Source of the DNA: Vicinamibacterales bacterium
GTDB taxonomy: Bacteria > Acidobacteriota > Vicinamibacteria > Vicinamibacterales > UBA8438
Assembly: GCA_965221305.1 (NCBI GenBank)
Contig: OZ244881.1
Span: 4,319,505-4,383,504 of the forward strand
DNA length: 64,000 nucleotides
Reading direction: 5' to 3'
Made by a program: the position numbers and the translations under genes. Below are positions 45,144 through 58,216 of this stretch, piece by piece; the stretch's first letter is position 1; each line of letters begins with the position of its first letter. Under the pieces are notes generated by a model that was not told where the DNA came from, made no database searches, and saw only the letters and a program-made list of their open reading frames with translations.

Positions 45144-45172
45144 GGCGAAAGTCTATACTTGATCTCTCCATC

Positions 45173-47047
<1,875 letters not shown>

Positions 47048-47094
47048 TGGGGTGGATCGCCGGTGGGTTACAGCCGGTGGGTTACAGTAGAGCC

Positions 47095-47796
47095 ATGACG
47101 ACACGACTGCTGGCCGGGAGCATCGCCTGCGGCGTCGCGCTGGGGCTGGCCGCGGCGGTCCAGACGTCCGGCCGGGCGCAGGGGACGGGGACTATCCTCG
47201 GGGTCGTTACGATGGCCGACCCGCCGCCGCCAGCCACCCTCGAGGTGAACGCCGACCAGGCCGTCTGCGGCGACAGCGTCCCCGACGAGGCCATCGTCGC
47301 CGACGCGGATGGCCACGTGGCGAACGCCGTCGTGCGGCTGACCGGCGTGGCGTGGCCGGCCGGGCGGCCGTCGCCCCGCATCGACAACGCGGGCTGCCTC
47401 TTCGTGCCGCGCGTGCAGGTCGCCCCCACCCGCAGCCAAGTGCTGGTGACGAGCCAGGACGACACCCTGCACTCGACCCACACCTACGACGACCGGAACC
47501 GCACCGGCTTCAACATCGCCATGCCGTTCCCCGGCCTCGAGGTCAACCGGCCACTGCGCCGCCCCGGCGTGGTGCGCGTCGAGTGCGACTCGCACGGCTG
47601 GATGCGGGCCTGGATCGTCGTCAGCAACGACCGCGGCGCCGTGAGCGGCCTCGACGGCGTCTTCGTGCTCGAGGACGTGCCGGCCGGCGACCACGAACTG
47701 ACGGTCTGGCACGAGCAGCTCGGCGCGGCGCCCCGGACGGTGACCGTCCGCGGCGGCGAGACCACCGAGATCGCCATCGTCCTCGGGCCGCAATAG
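47095..47796 (+). CDS. Secreted cupredoxin-like / CarboxypepD_reg-like domain protein
   Basis: Start MTTRLLAGSIACGVALGLAAA. Pattern C.FVPRV...HSTH...FNIAMP...VECDSHGWMRAWIVV...VPAGDHELTVWHEQLG is present. The assignment is tentative. Confidence 0.55.
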   Translation: MTTRLLAGSIACGVALGLAAAVQTSGRAQGTGTILGVVTMADPPPPATLEVNADQAVCGDSVPDEAIVADADGHVANAVVRLTGVAWPAGRPSPRIDNAGCLFVPRVQVAPTRSQVLVTSQDDTLHSTHTYDDRNRTGFNIAMPFPGLEVNRPLRRPGVVRVECDSHGWMRAWIVVSNDRGAVSGLDGVFVLEDVPAGDHELTVWHEQLGAAPRTVTVRGGETTEIAIVLGPQ

Positions 47797-47850
47797 GGCG
47801 GCCCCGGGTCACCCGCCCGGAAGTCGGACCACCCTCGACGGAATGGAAGC

Positions 47851-49527
<1,677 letters not shown>

Positions 49528-49621
49528 GTCGGTGTCGGGCGCCGCCCGCCGTATTGCCGCCGCGGAGGCTCGGCGGTCGGCGGGATGTGGATCCGGCGAG
49601 CCGGCTCGTCTCGCGGGCAGG

Positions 49622-49732
49622 GTCGCGACGACACGGCCGGGACGAGGTCAGTCGCGAGCCTCGATTCAACCCGCGCTTGTGCTTGCCGCCAGCACGTCGC
49701 GACGACACGGCCGGGACGAGGTCAGTCGCGAG
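49622..49732. repeat. 37-nt perfect direct repeat pair (palindromic ends) separated by 37 nt
   Basis: gtcgcgacgacacggccgggacgaggtcagtcgcgag occurs at 49622-49658 and 49696-49732. TCGCGAC/GTCGCGA arms are present. The second copy overlaps the last codons of the TRAP permease gene. Confidence 0.85.
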
Positions 49733-51695
49733 TGCGGACCAGGTGGAGAACGATAGCGGCGACGAAGCAGGCGGCCCCGACGAGGTCGGTGGCGGTGGTG
49801 GCGTAGAACAGGAACAGGCCGCCCGCGACGGCGAGGGTGCGCTCGGCCGTCGTCGCCGCTTGCCGCAGCCAGCCGCCGAGACCCATGGCGAGGGCGAGGA
49901 TGCCGATCGCGGCGGTGAGGGTGGTGCGGGCGATATCGGCCAGCGGGGCCTGCAGCAGGACGCCCAGCCCCTCGGGGCTGAGGGTGAACGCGAACGGCAC
50001 GAGGAACGCGGGCAGCGTGTACTTCCAGGTCAGCATCATCGTCTTGAACGGGTTGCCGCCGGTTATGGCGGCCGCCGCGAAGGGCGACAGCGCCGTCGGG
50101 GGGCTGACCTCGGAGAGCACCGCATAGTAGAAGATGAACATGTGGGCGGCGACGTCCGGCACCCCGACCAGCGACAGGGCCGGTGCGATCATGACCGCGG
50201 CGATGATGTAGGACGCGGTCACCGGGACTGCGAGGCCGAGCATCCACACCGCCACCGCCGCGTAAACGACGGTGAAGAACAGGTTGCCGCCGGCCAGATC
50301 GACGATGATGCTCGAGATCTTCAGCCCGAGCCCGGTCAGGGTCACCACGCCGACGATGATGCCCGCCGTCGCGGTGGTGGCGGCGACCGCGAGCACCGCC
50401 CGGCCCCCTGCTTCCAGCGCGGTGGTCAGGCGTGACGGCCGCAGTGCCGTCTCGCGGCGGACGAAGCTCAGCACGATGGCCAGCATCGTGGCCAGGAAAA
50501 CCGCCCGGAACGGGGTCATGCCCGACACCAGGAACACCACGATGGCGATGAGGGGCAGGAACTGGTAACCCGACTGCCGGGTCAGCGTCCCCACCGACGG
50601 CAGGTCCACGTCGACCGCCTTCGTCCCCAGCCGCCGCGCGTCGGCCTCGATCATGAGGACGATCGATAGGTAGTAGAGCACCGCAGGCACGATGGCCATC
50701 GCGATGACCTGCAGGTAGGTGATCTGCAGGAACTCGGCGATGAGGAACGCCGCCGCCCCCATCGTCGGGGGGGCGAGGATGGCGCCGATGCCGCTCGCCG
50801 ACAGGATGCCGCCGCCGATCTCGGGCGAGAACCCGGCCCGCCGCAGCATCGGCCATGCCACCGCCCCCAGGGTCACGGTGGTCGCGACGCCGCTGCCCGA
50901 CACGGTGCCGAGGAGGAAGCCGGACATGGTGACGGTGCGCCCCGGCCCCGCCCCGCTCGACGAGCGGCCGAATGCCGACATCGTCCAGGTGATGAAGAAC
51001 TGACCGGCCCCCGAGTGCTGCAGCATCGCCCCGAAGATGGTGAACAGCACGATGTAGCTCGAAGCGACGTTCAGGGGCACCCCGAAGATGCCCTCCAGGG
51101 TCATGTAGAGGGTGCCCACCAGCCGTTCGATCGAGTACCCGCGGTGCGCGAAGATCTCGAGCCCCATGAGCTCGAGCAAGGGTCCGTAGTAGCCGTAGAG
51201 CAGGAAGGCGATGGCGGTGGCGGGCAGAATCCAGCCCACCGTGCGCCGGGTCGCCTCGAGCACCAGCAGCGTCGTGATCGTGCCGAACACGATGTCGGGT
51301 CCGCTGGGGGTCGCGGCCCGGTAGACGAACTGGTCGAAGTCGACGACGGGCCATGCCAGTACGAGGACGGAAGCCGCGGCGAGGGTCCAGTCGACGGCCG
51401 CCACCCGGCCGCGCCAAGCGGGGATCGCGGGGTAGAGCACGAACGTGAGGACCAGCGTGACGAGGAGGAAGCTGACCCGGTAGATCTGCGGCTGAACGAT
51501 GCCGACGACCCAGTAGAGCGCGTAGAGGGATAGGCCCGCCGCCAGCACCGTCACCAGGCGGGCCGGAAACCCGCTCAACCGCCGGGTCGGGACCTCGGCG
51601 TCGGGGTCGTCGCGCAGGGCGGCCGGCGGCGGGGCGGCTGGATCGGCCAGGGGGATCTCCCGGTTCGTATCGTCGGCGACGTGACCCGGCGACAC
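49722..51695 (-). CDS. TRAP transporter fused permease (4TM/12TM fusion, TAXI-type)
   Basis: 657-aa polytopic protein directly downstream of a TAXI solute receptor gene. Confidence 0.85.
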   Translation of the reverse strand: MSPGHVADDTNREIPLADPAAPPPAALRDDPDAEVPTRRLSGFPARLVTVLAAGLSLYALYWVVGIVQPQIYRVSFLLVTLVLTFVLYPAIPAWRGRVAAVDWTLAAASVLVLAWPVVDFDQFVYRAATPSGPDIVFGTITTLLVLEATRRTVGWILPATAIAFLLYGYYGPLLELMGLEIFAHRGYSIERLVGTLYMTLEGIFGVPLNVASSYIVLFTIFGAMLQHSGAGQFFITWTMSAFGRSSSGAGPGRTVTMSGFLLGTVSGSGVATTVTLGAVAWPMLRRAGFSPEIGGGILSASGIGAILAPPTMGAAAFLIAEFLQITYLQVIAMAIVPAVLYYLSIVLMIEADARRLGTKAVDVDLPSVGTLTRQSGYQFLPLIAIVVFLVSGMTPFRAVFLATMLAIVLSFVRRETALRPSRLTTALEAGGRAVLAVAATTATAGIIVGVVTLTGLGLKISSIIVDLAGGNLFFTVVYAAVAVWMLGLAVPVTASYIIAAVMIAPALSLVGVPDVAAHMFIFYYAVLSEVSPPTALSPFAAAAITGGNPFKTMMLTWKYTLPAFLVPFAFTLSPEGLGVLLQAPLADIARTTLTAAIGILALAMGLGGWLRQAATTAERTLAVAGGLFLFYATTATDLVGAACFVAAIVLHLVRTRD

Positions 51696-51858
51696 GCGAA
51701 CCCGCTACGCGGGTCCGCGGGAGCGGGCCGACGGGCAAGGGTACTCGCTAAGGCGGTCCGTGGAAAGGGATAGTTGGCGTCGATCCTGATGCGATTCGCG
51801 CGGCTTCGGCGGGCTGGGCGCCAGGGGGCCGCCGCGCGGCATTCCGCCGGCTTCGGTC

Positions 51859-52872
51859 CTACGATCCGGGCCAGGCCCCCTGCTCCTCGTAGTACCGGAC
51901 GGCGCCGGCGTGGAACGGCACCGTCGACCCGGTCACGGCGCCCTCGACGGACAGCTTCTCGGCCTCGGGGTGGATGGCGGCCAGCTCGTCCTGGTGGTCG
52001 AACAGGGCCTGGGTGATCCGGTAGGCGAGGTCCTCGGACATCTCCTCGTGCACGACCAGCACGTTGGCCACCCCGACCGCCTCGACGTCCCCGCTCATGC
52101 CGGGGTAGGTGGTGGCGGGAATGGTGACGCCGTGGTACACCGCGTCGCCGTAGTGCTCGTGGAGGAACGGCAGGGTGTCGGTGTTGGACACGAGCTTGAC
52201 GGTCCGGCCGGGGGTCGAGGCGAGGTCGAGGACGGAGCCGGTGGGGATGCCGCCGCTCCAGAAGAACGCGTCGATCTTGTCGTCCTTGAGGGCGTCGACC
52301 GACTGCGCGGCCCCCAGGCTCTGCTTGCGGATGTCGGCGTCCGGGTCGAGGCCGACCGCCTCGAGCACGCGCAGGGCGGTGATCTCGGTGCCGCTTCCCG
52401 GCGCCCCCGTCGACACGACGCGGTCGCGGAGGTCGGCCACGGTCTCGATGCCCTTCCCTTCGAGGGTCACGAGCTGGTTCAGGTTGTCGTAGAGCACCGC
52501 GAGGGCCCGTGCCGGCACCGTGCCGAAGTCGGCGAACGCGCCGCGCCCCTGCGCCGCGTCGTCCAGCGAGTCGGCGAGGACGAACGCCAGGTCGGCGCCG
52601 CGGGTCGAGATGAATTTCAAGTTGTCGACGGTCCCCGCCGTGACCTCGGCGGTCGCCTCGACGCCCTCGAGGTGGTCGCTGATGACCTTGGCGACGCCGC
52701 CGCCATACGGGTAGTAGACGCCCCCGGTGCCGCCGGTGGCGACGGACAGCCGTTCGGTGAGGCCCCCGGCGCCCTGCGGGTTGCAGGCGACCATCGCGAC
52801 ACCGGCGGCCACGGCCGGCGCGGCGAGCACGCGCATGACGGAGCGGGACACGGTCGTCGAGCGGTTCTTCAT
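51859..52872 (-). CDS. TAXI-family TRAP transporter solute-binding lipoprotein
   Basis: Start MKNRSTTVSRSVMRVLAAPAVAAGVAMVAC (lipobox-like). Motif TGGTGGVYYPYGGGVAKV is typical of TAXI receptors. Confidence 0.85.
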   Translation of the reverse strand: MKNRSTTVSRSVMRVLAAPAVAAGVAMVACNPQGAGGLTERLSVATGGTGGVYYPYGGGVAKVISDHLEGVEATAEVTAGTVDNLKFISTRGADLAFVLADSLDDAAQGRGAFADFGTVPARALAVLYDNLNQLVTLEGKGIETVADLRDRVVSTGAPGSGTEITALRVLEAVGLDPDADIRKQSLGAAQSVDALKDDKIDAFFWSGGIPTGSVLDLASTPGRTVKLVSNTDTLPFLHEHYGDAVYHGVTIPATTYPGMSGDVEAVGVANVLVVHEEMSEDLAYRITQALFDHQDELAAIHPEAEKLSVEGAVTGSTVPFHAGAVRYYEEQGAWPGS

Positions 52873-53010
52873 CACAGTGGCACCCCCAACCTGGAAGCCG
52901 TCGCCGAACGCGACCGCAGCGTCGCGCTGCGGACCCCGAATGCCGCCCAACCCACCTGCGGGCGTCCGCGCCGTTCGCGGCGCGCACTCTCGGCGGCCGC
53001 TACGGAGCCC

Positions 53011-53238
53011 CTATTCTAGCAGGCCGGCGCGGTGCGTCGTGACTAGGCGGACGACCCGGAGGGCCATCGGGTTGACGTCCCGACCGAAGACGTCGCAGCC
53101 CAGCCGGTCGGCTTCGAAGAGCGGCGTCTCACCGCCCTTGAACGGGTCGACGACCCGCACGCCGTGCTGTCCATGCGGGTCGAGTAGGCCGAAGGCAGCG
53201 GCGGCGCCGCGAACGCCGAGACTAGGATCGTGCCGGCC
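53011..53238 (-). pseudogene. Fragment of a DNA methyltransferase (SAM-binding motif I region)
   Basis: A 75-codon open frame without a credible start reads ...GVRVVDPFKGGETPLFEADRLGCDVFGRDVNPMALRVV.... It resembles the DPFxGGGxxPLEAxRLGxxxxGxDLNPVA motif of DUF1156-type/N6_N4 methylases. No catalytic (D/N/S)PP(Y/F) region is present. Confidence 0.45.
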
Positions 53239-53494
53239 TCAGCGGTCGCGGGAACCGGCATGAACCGGCCGCCGATGCGGTCGCGGGCCCTTTCTCCGCC
53301 GGCAGCCCTTCCGTCGCCCAACTCGCCGCCGAGGCGCGCCGAGTCGGAGACGAGCCGATCCGGCATGGCCGGCATGCTCCCGCGAGTCGTACGATCGGGG
53401 CTCGCCGTCGGACCCCCGACATCCTATGATAGTCGGAGCGCGGCCGAGGTCGGCGCCGGGTCCGGGGCGCCGGGGAGGCTGCGCGCGACGACCC

Positions 53495-55063
53495 ATGGAG
53501 TCCGTGATGCGTTCCCGCGCCGTTCGCTGCATGCTCGCGGCGCTGGCGGGGGTGGCCGCCGCCTGCGCCTCCCCGTCAGCGGTCGGCCAGGGCGATTCGG
53601 GCCTGCGGTTCGTGGTCACCCTCGACCCGTCGCTGCCCCCCCAGCCGCCGGGACGGCTGCTCGTGGTCCTGGTTCCCGCCGGCCGGCCGGCGGCGGAGCC
53701 GCGGTCCCTCATCGGCCGGGCCGGGTCCCGCGCCGTGCCCACGTTCGGCGTCGACGCTCCGCCCCTCGCGTCGGGCGACACCGTCACCGTCGAGGCTTCC
53801 GCGGCGGCGTTTCCTCTCGAGTCCCTGCGGCATCTGCCCGCCGGCGAGTACCGGGCGCAGGCGGTGCTGGTCACGAACCCCGACCTCCGCCACCCCGGCG
53901 CGCCCGGCAATCTCTTCGGGGACGTCCGGCGGGTAGACCTCGACCCGGGGCGGCCCGACGCGGTCCAGCTTCGGCTGACGCAACGCATCCCCGACGAGCG
54001 ACTGCCCGACGACACCGGACTCCTGCGCTTCGTCCGGATCCGCTCGGAGCACCTGACCGCGTTCCACGGCCGGCCCATTCACCTGCGCGCCGGCGTGATC
54101 CTGCCGCCGGGGTACGACGAGGCCTCGGGTCGGCGCTATCCGCTGCGGGTCCGCATCGGCGGCTATGGCGCACGCTACACGGGGGTGCGGCGGATGATGC
54201 GCCCCGGGTCGCCGTTCAGGACGGCGTGGCTCGACCCCGATGCCCCACGCTTCGTCCTCCTGCACCTCGACGGGTCGGGGCCCTGGGGCGACCCCTACCA
54301 GGTCGACTCCGCCAACAACGGTCCCTACGGCGCCGCCGTCACCGACGAGCTGATTCCCCACGTCGAGGAGCGGTTCCGGGTCGGCGGCTCCGCGGGCGCC
54401 CGCGTCCTCGACGGCGCGTCGACGGGGGGATGGGCGGCCCTCGCTCTGCAGGTCTTCTACCCCGACTTCTTCGGCGGGGCCTGGGCCTCATGCCCCGACA
54501 GCGTCGACTTCCGCGCCTTCCAGCTCGTCGACGTCTACCGCGGCGGCAACGCCTACGTGGACGCCGACGGGCGCGAGCGGCCCAGCGCCCGGAACCCCGA
54601 CGGGAGCACGCGGTTCAGCATGCGCCACGAGCTGCGGATGGAGAACGTGCTCGGGGCCGGCGACGACTGGAGCCGGTCGGGCGGCCAGTGGGGGGCGTGG
54701 AACGCGGTCTACGGCCCGCGCGGCGCCGACGGCCTCCCCGTCCCCCTCTGGGACCCCGCGTCGGGCGAGATCGACACCGAGGCTGCCGCGCATTGGGAGG
54801 GCTACGACCTGCGCCTCGTGCTCGAGCGGAGGTGGGACACGCTGGCGCCGAAGCTGCGCGGCCGGTTGAACATCTGGGTCGGCGACATGGACGACTACTT
54901 CCTGGAGGGCGCGGTGCGCCGCCTCGACGCCTTCCTGCGGGACCGGCCGTCCATCGAGGCCCGCATCGTCTACGGCCCCCGCCGCGGCCACTGCTGGACC
55001 GGCATCTCCCCGGCCGAGATGATGCGCGAGATGGCCGCCCAGGTGGAGCGAGACTCGCGTTAG
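53495..55063 (+). CDS. Exported esterase-family alpha/beta hydrolase (enterochelin-esterase-like architecture)
   Basis: Lipoprotein-like signal (AGVAAAC), an N-terminal beta-sandwich-like region, and C-terminal LDGASTGGWAALALQVFYPDFFGGAW. The alternative start is 53507. Confidence 0.7.
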   Translation: MESVMRSRAVRCMLAALAGVAAACASPSAVGQGDSGLRFVVTLDPSLPPQPPGRLLVVLVPAGRPAAEPRSLIGRAGSRAVPTFGVDAPPLASGDTVTVEASAAAFPLESLRHLPAGEYRAQAVLVTNPDLRHPGAPGNLFGDVRRVDLDPGRPDAVQLRLTQRIPDERLPDDTGLLRFVRIRSEHLTAFHGRPIHLRAGVILPPGYDEASGRRYPLRVRIGGYGARYTGVRRMMRPGSPFRTAWLDPDAPRFVLLHLDGSGPWGDPYQVDSANNGPYGAAVTDELIPHVEERFRVGGSAGARVLDGASTGGWAALALQVFYPDFFGGAWASCPDSVDFRAFQLVDVYRGGNAYVDADGRERPSARNPDGSTRFSMRHELRMENVLGAGDDWSRSGGQWGAWNAVYGPRGADGLPVPLWDPASGEIDTEAAAHWEGYDLRLVLERRWDTLAPKLRGRLNIWVGDMDDYFLEGAVRRLDAFLRDRPSIEARIVYGPRRGHCWTGISPAEMMREMAAQVERDSR

Positions 55064-55211
55064 CGCCGAGCCACCTCGCCGCGCATCTAAATTCCCGCTC
55101 AGCTCGCGCGGTCCCGCGCCGGCGAGCCGCGCCGAGCTGGTGTTATAGTTGCGGGCCTGTATTTGTGAGGCCGCCGGTGGTGGCTTCACGTCGCCGGAGT
55201 GGGAGTTGACC

Positions 55212-58163
55212 ATGCAGCCGTCGGAGTCTCGGTATGTTCTCGTTCTTCTTTGCCTGGCCGGTCTCTTGCCGGCCGTGTTCGCGCCCGCCCCGGCCCTCGC
55301 CCAGGGTGAGGCGGGCATCGCGGGCACGGTGGTGGACGACGTCGGGGGCGTGCTGCCTGGCGTGACCGTCGAGGCCAGCAGCCCGGCTCTGATCGAGCAG
55401 GTGCGCACGGTGTTCTCGGACGGCGCCGGGAACTACCAGATCACGAACCTGCCGTCGGGGACCTACTCGGTGCGGTTCACGCTGCCGGGGTTCGCCAGCG
55501 TGGTTCGCGAGGGCATCCTGCTGCAGGGCGCGTTCGTGGCCGACATCGACGCCGCGATGGCCGTCGGCGGTCTCGAGGAGACGGTGATGGTCGAAGGCGT
55601 CGTGCCCCTGGTGGACGTCAGAACCACGCGGCAGCAGACGGTCATGCCGGCCGAGCGCGTCAACGTGCTGCCGGGTGCGGCGGGCATCACCAGCGCCGCC
55701 GCCTACGTGCCGGGGACGACCCTCGGCGAGACCCTCGTCCCGAACGACGACAACTACAACAACCTGCCCAGCCTGCACGGCTCCGACCCCCTCGACGGCC
55801 AGCCCGCCATCGACGGCATCAAGACCGGAGGACAGCTCCAGGGGCGGAACGAGTGGGGCGCCGGCGTCGGCGGCGTCACCAACGAGGCGATGGTCACCGA
55901 GGTCGTCTTCGACACCTCGTCGCAGTCGGCCGAGTACGCCCAGAGCGGCGTGCGGACGAACGTGGTGCCCAAGGCCGGCGGCAACGAGTTCTCGTACAAC
56001 TTGTTCATGAGCGGCACGAGCGGCGGCTTCCAGTCGGACAACCTGAGCCAGGAGCTGAAGGACCTGGGCTTCGAGTTCGCGCCCATCGACTATCGCTACA
56101 GCTTCAACCCCGCGGTGGGCGGGCCCATCGTCGAGGACAAGCTGTGGTTCTTCGCCTCGATGATCGAGAACCGCAGCCGGCAGTACGTCCTCGACCGGTT
56201 CTGGGACCTCGACGAACCGTCGACCCCCGACGGCGTCACCGCCGACGACCTGCGGGCGTACACGTGGAGCAAGAACGGCAACTACAACATCCGCCTCACG
56301 CACCAGGCCACCCAGCGCCACAAGTTCACGTGGAGCTACTTCCAGGAGCCGAAGTCGTCGCTTTCCAGTCAGGAATTCGCCTGGGCCGGCCGCGCGAACC
56401 CGGAGGCCTGGTACACGTTCGACGGGAACCCGACGCGCATGCTGACGGGCCGATGGACGGCGCCGGTGACGAACCGGCTGCTCCTCGAGGCGCACGGCTC
56501 GTTCATGCAGGCCGACGTCAACACCTACCCGGTGGACCACGGCGGGGCGCCGCGGATGCCGAGAATCGACTGGGCGCTGGGCACCATCTCGGCCAGCTCC
56601 TTCCAGAACCACCACAACCACGACTTCCACCGCCGCCTGAACGCGTCGCTGTCCTACGTGACGGGCTCGCACAACTTCAAGGCCGGCCTGAACTTCGCGA
56701 ACAACAGGACGGCCCTGGCCTTCACGGGGCCGGGTGACCTGTACACGGGCTACTTCTTCAACGGGTTCCCGGTCGGCGTGACGGTGACCGGAAACGGAAA
56801 CCAGCGACAGGGGATCACCCAGGACTGCGACTGCGGCGTCTACGTACAGGACGCGTGGACGATGGACCGTCTGACCGTCAACGCCGGCATCCGGTACGAC
56901 TGGTTCCAGAGCTCCGTGCCGGGGGGAACGCGTGACGCCGGCTGGTTCGCGCCGGCGCTGACCTTGCCCGACCCCGTCGTCGAGAACATCCCGAATTGGC
57001 AGGACGTCAACGCCCGGTTCGGCGTCGCGTTCGACCTGTTCGGCGACGGCTCGACGGCCGTGAAGTTCTCGGGGGGGCGGTACATCGCGAACGAAGGGAC
57101 CGGGGTCACTCAGGGGTACAATCCCATCTATCCCTACAACCTGTTCGACTATCGACCGTGGACGGACCTCAACGGGGACGGGACCGTGCTCAACCCCGAC
57201 GGGACGCCGCAGCTCGACGAGATCGGACCCTCGAACAACCCGAACTACGGGTTGTCGACCATCACGACCACGTATGACCCCAACCTGCCGCGGGCCAGCA
57301 ACTGGGAGTTCTCGGGCGGCGTCGAGCGCCAGCTCGGGGCCGGCTGGGCGCTGAGCGGGATGTGGCACCGGCGCACTTACACGAACTTCGACTGGTTCGA
57401 CAACCTGAACACGTCGGCCGACGACTGGTTCCTTGCGGGTACGTGGACCGGGCCGGACGACCCCGCCCTTCCCGCCGCCGCCCGCGGCGTGCAGGTGCCC
57501 ATCTACGTCACCGACCCCAGCCTCGACATCCAGACCGGGAATGACCTCCATACCCTGGCGTCCGGGGACTACCGGATCTGGAACGGGTTCGAGGTGATTC
57601 TCGACGGGGAGCTTCCCCGCGGCGGCTTCATGACCGCGAGCGTGACCGCCGGCACCAACAAGAACCACTTCTGCAACGCGGGCAACGTCGAGAACCCCAA
57701 CGCCCTCCGGTTCTGCGAGACGCGGATGCCGTACCGGCCCATGGCCAAGCTGTCGGGGGCGTTGCCGCTGCCGTTCGACACCATGATCTCGGGGCTCGTC
57801 CAGGTGTTTCCGGGCGCGCCCATCCGCGCGACCTATGAGATCAACGCGGTCGATTTCCCCGCTCTCGTGAACCTCGGGGACCCCGACCAGGCCAACCCGA
57901 ACCTCGAGGTCAACCTGATCGAGCCGGGCACGGTGTTCGAGGACTACACCACCGAGATGCAGTTGCGGTTCTCGAAGGTGGTCACCATCAACGATGTCCG
58001 CACGCGGTTCTACATGGACGCGACGAACATCACCAACCGGGCTCGGGTCACGGCCCGGAACCGGGCGTACGGCGGCGGGGGCGTCAGGAATCCGGACTTC
58101 CTCCGGATCAACAGCATCGAGCCGGGCCGAAGGTTGTCGTTCGGCATGCAGATGTACTTCTAA
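55212..58163 (+). CDS. TonB-dependent receptor, Oar-like (N-terminal CarboxypepD_reg domain)
   Basis: Signal peptide, then GIAGTVVDDVGGVLPGVTVEASS...YQITNLPSGTYSVRFTLPGF, a plug, a large barrel, and a terminal ...SFGMQMYF. Confidence 0.85.
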   Translation: MQPSESRYVLVLLCLAGLLPAVFAPAPALAQGEAGIAGTVVDDVGGVLPGVTVEASSPALIEQVRTVFSDGAGNYQITNLPSGTYSVRFTLPGFASVVREGILLQGAFVADIDAAMAVGGLEETVMVEGVVPLVDVRTTRQQTVMPAERVNVLPGAAGITSAAAYVPGTTLGETLVPNDDNYNNLPSLHGSDPLDGQPAIDGIKTGGQLQGRNEWGAGVGGVTNEAMVTEVVFDTSSQSAEYAQSGVRTNVVPKAGGNEFSYNLFMSGTSGGFQSDNLSQELKDLGFEFAPIDYRYSFNPAVGGPIVEDKLWFFASMIENRSRQYVLDRFWDLDEPSTPDGVTADDLRAYTWSKNGNYNIRLTHQATQRHKFTWSYFQEPKSSLSSQEFAWAGRANPEAWYTFDGNPTRMLTGRWTAPVTNRLLLEAHGSFMQADVNTYPVDHGGAPRMPRIDWALGTISASSFQNHHNHDFHRRLNASLSYVTGSHNFKAGLNFANNRTALAFTGPGDLYTGYFFNGFPVGVTVTGNGNQRQGITQDCDCGVYVQDAWTMDRLTVNAGIRYDWFQSSVPGGTRDAGWFAPALTLPDPVVENIPNWQDVNARFGVAFDLFGDGSTAVKFSGGRYIANEGTGVTQGYNPIYPYNLFDYRPWTDLNGDGTVLNPDGTPQLDEIGPSNNPNYGLSTITTTYDPNLPRASNWEFSGGVERQLGAGWALSGMWHRRTYTNFDWFDNLNTSADDWFLAGTWTGPDDPALPAAARGVQVPIYVTDPSLDIQTGNDLHTLASGDYRIWNGFEVILDGELPRGGFMTASVTAGTNKNHFCNAGNVENPNALRFCETRMPYRPMAKLSGALPLPFDTMISGLVQVFPGAPIRATYEINAVDFPALVNLGDPDQANPNLEVNLIEPGTVFEDYTTEMQLRFSKVVTINDVRTRFYMDATNITNRARVTARNRAYGGGGVRNPDFLRINSIEPGRRLSFGMQMYF

Positions 58164-58216
58164 GGGTCGACCGGCCGGGGGCGTCAGTGCTCCGAGCGTC
58201 TCTTGCCGAGGTTGCG

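Noticed and set aside
45144-45172. 29-bp divergent gap between dinB and the ABC exporter, checked for a LexA/SOS box
   Set aside because: No CTGT-N8-ACAG or GAAC-N4-GTTC type palindrome was visible. The LexA motif for this lineage is unknown to me, so nothing can be called.
55143-57668. 841-aa minus-strand ORF
   Set aside because: It is antisense to the TonB-dependent receptor, which has a signal peptide, a CarboxypepD_reg domain and a terminal aromatic residue. The shadow ORF has no motifs.
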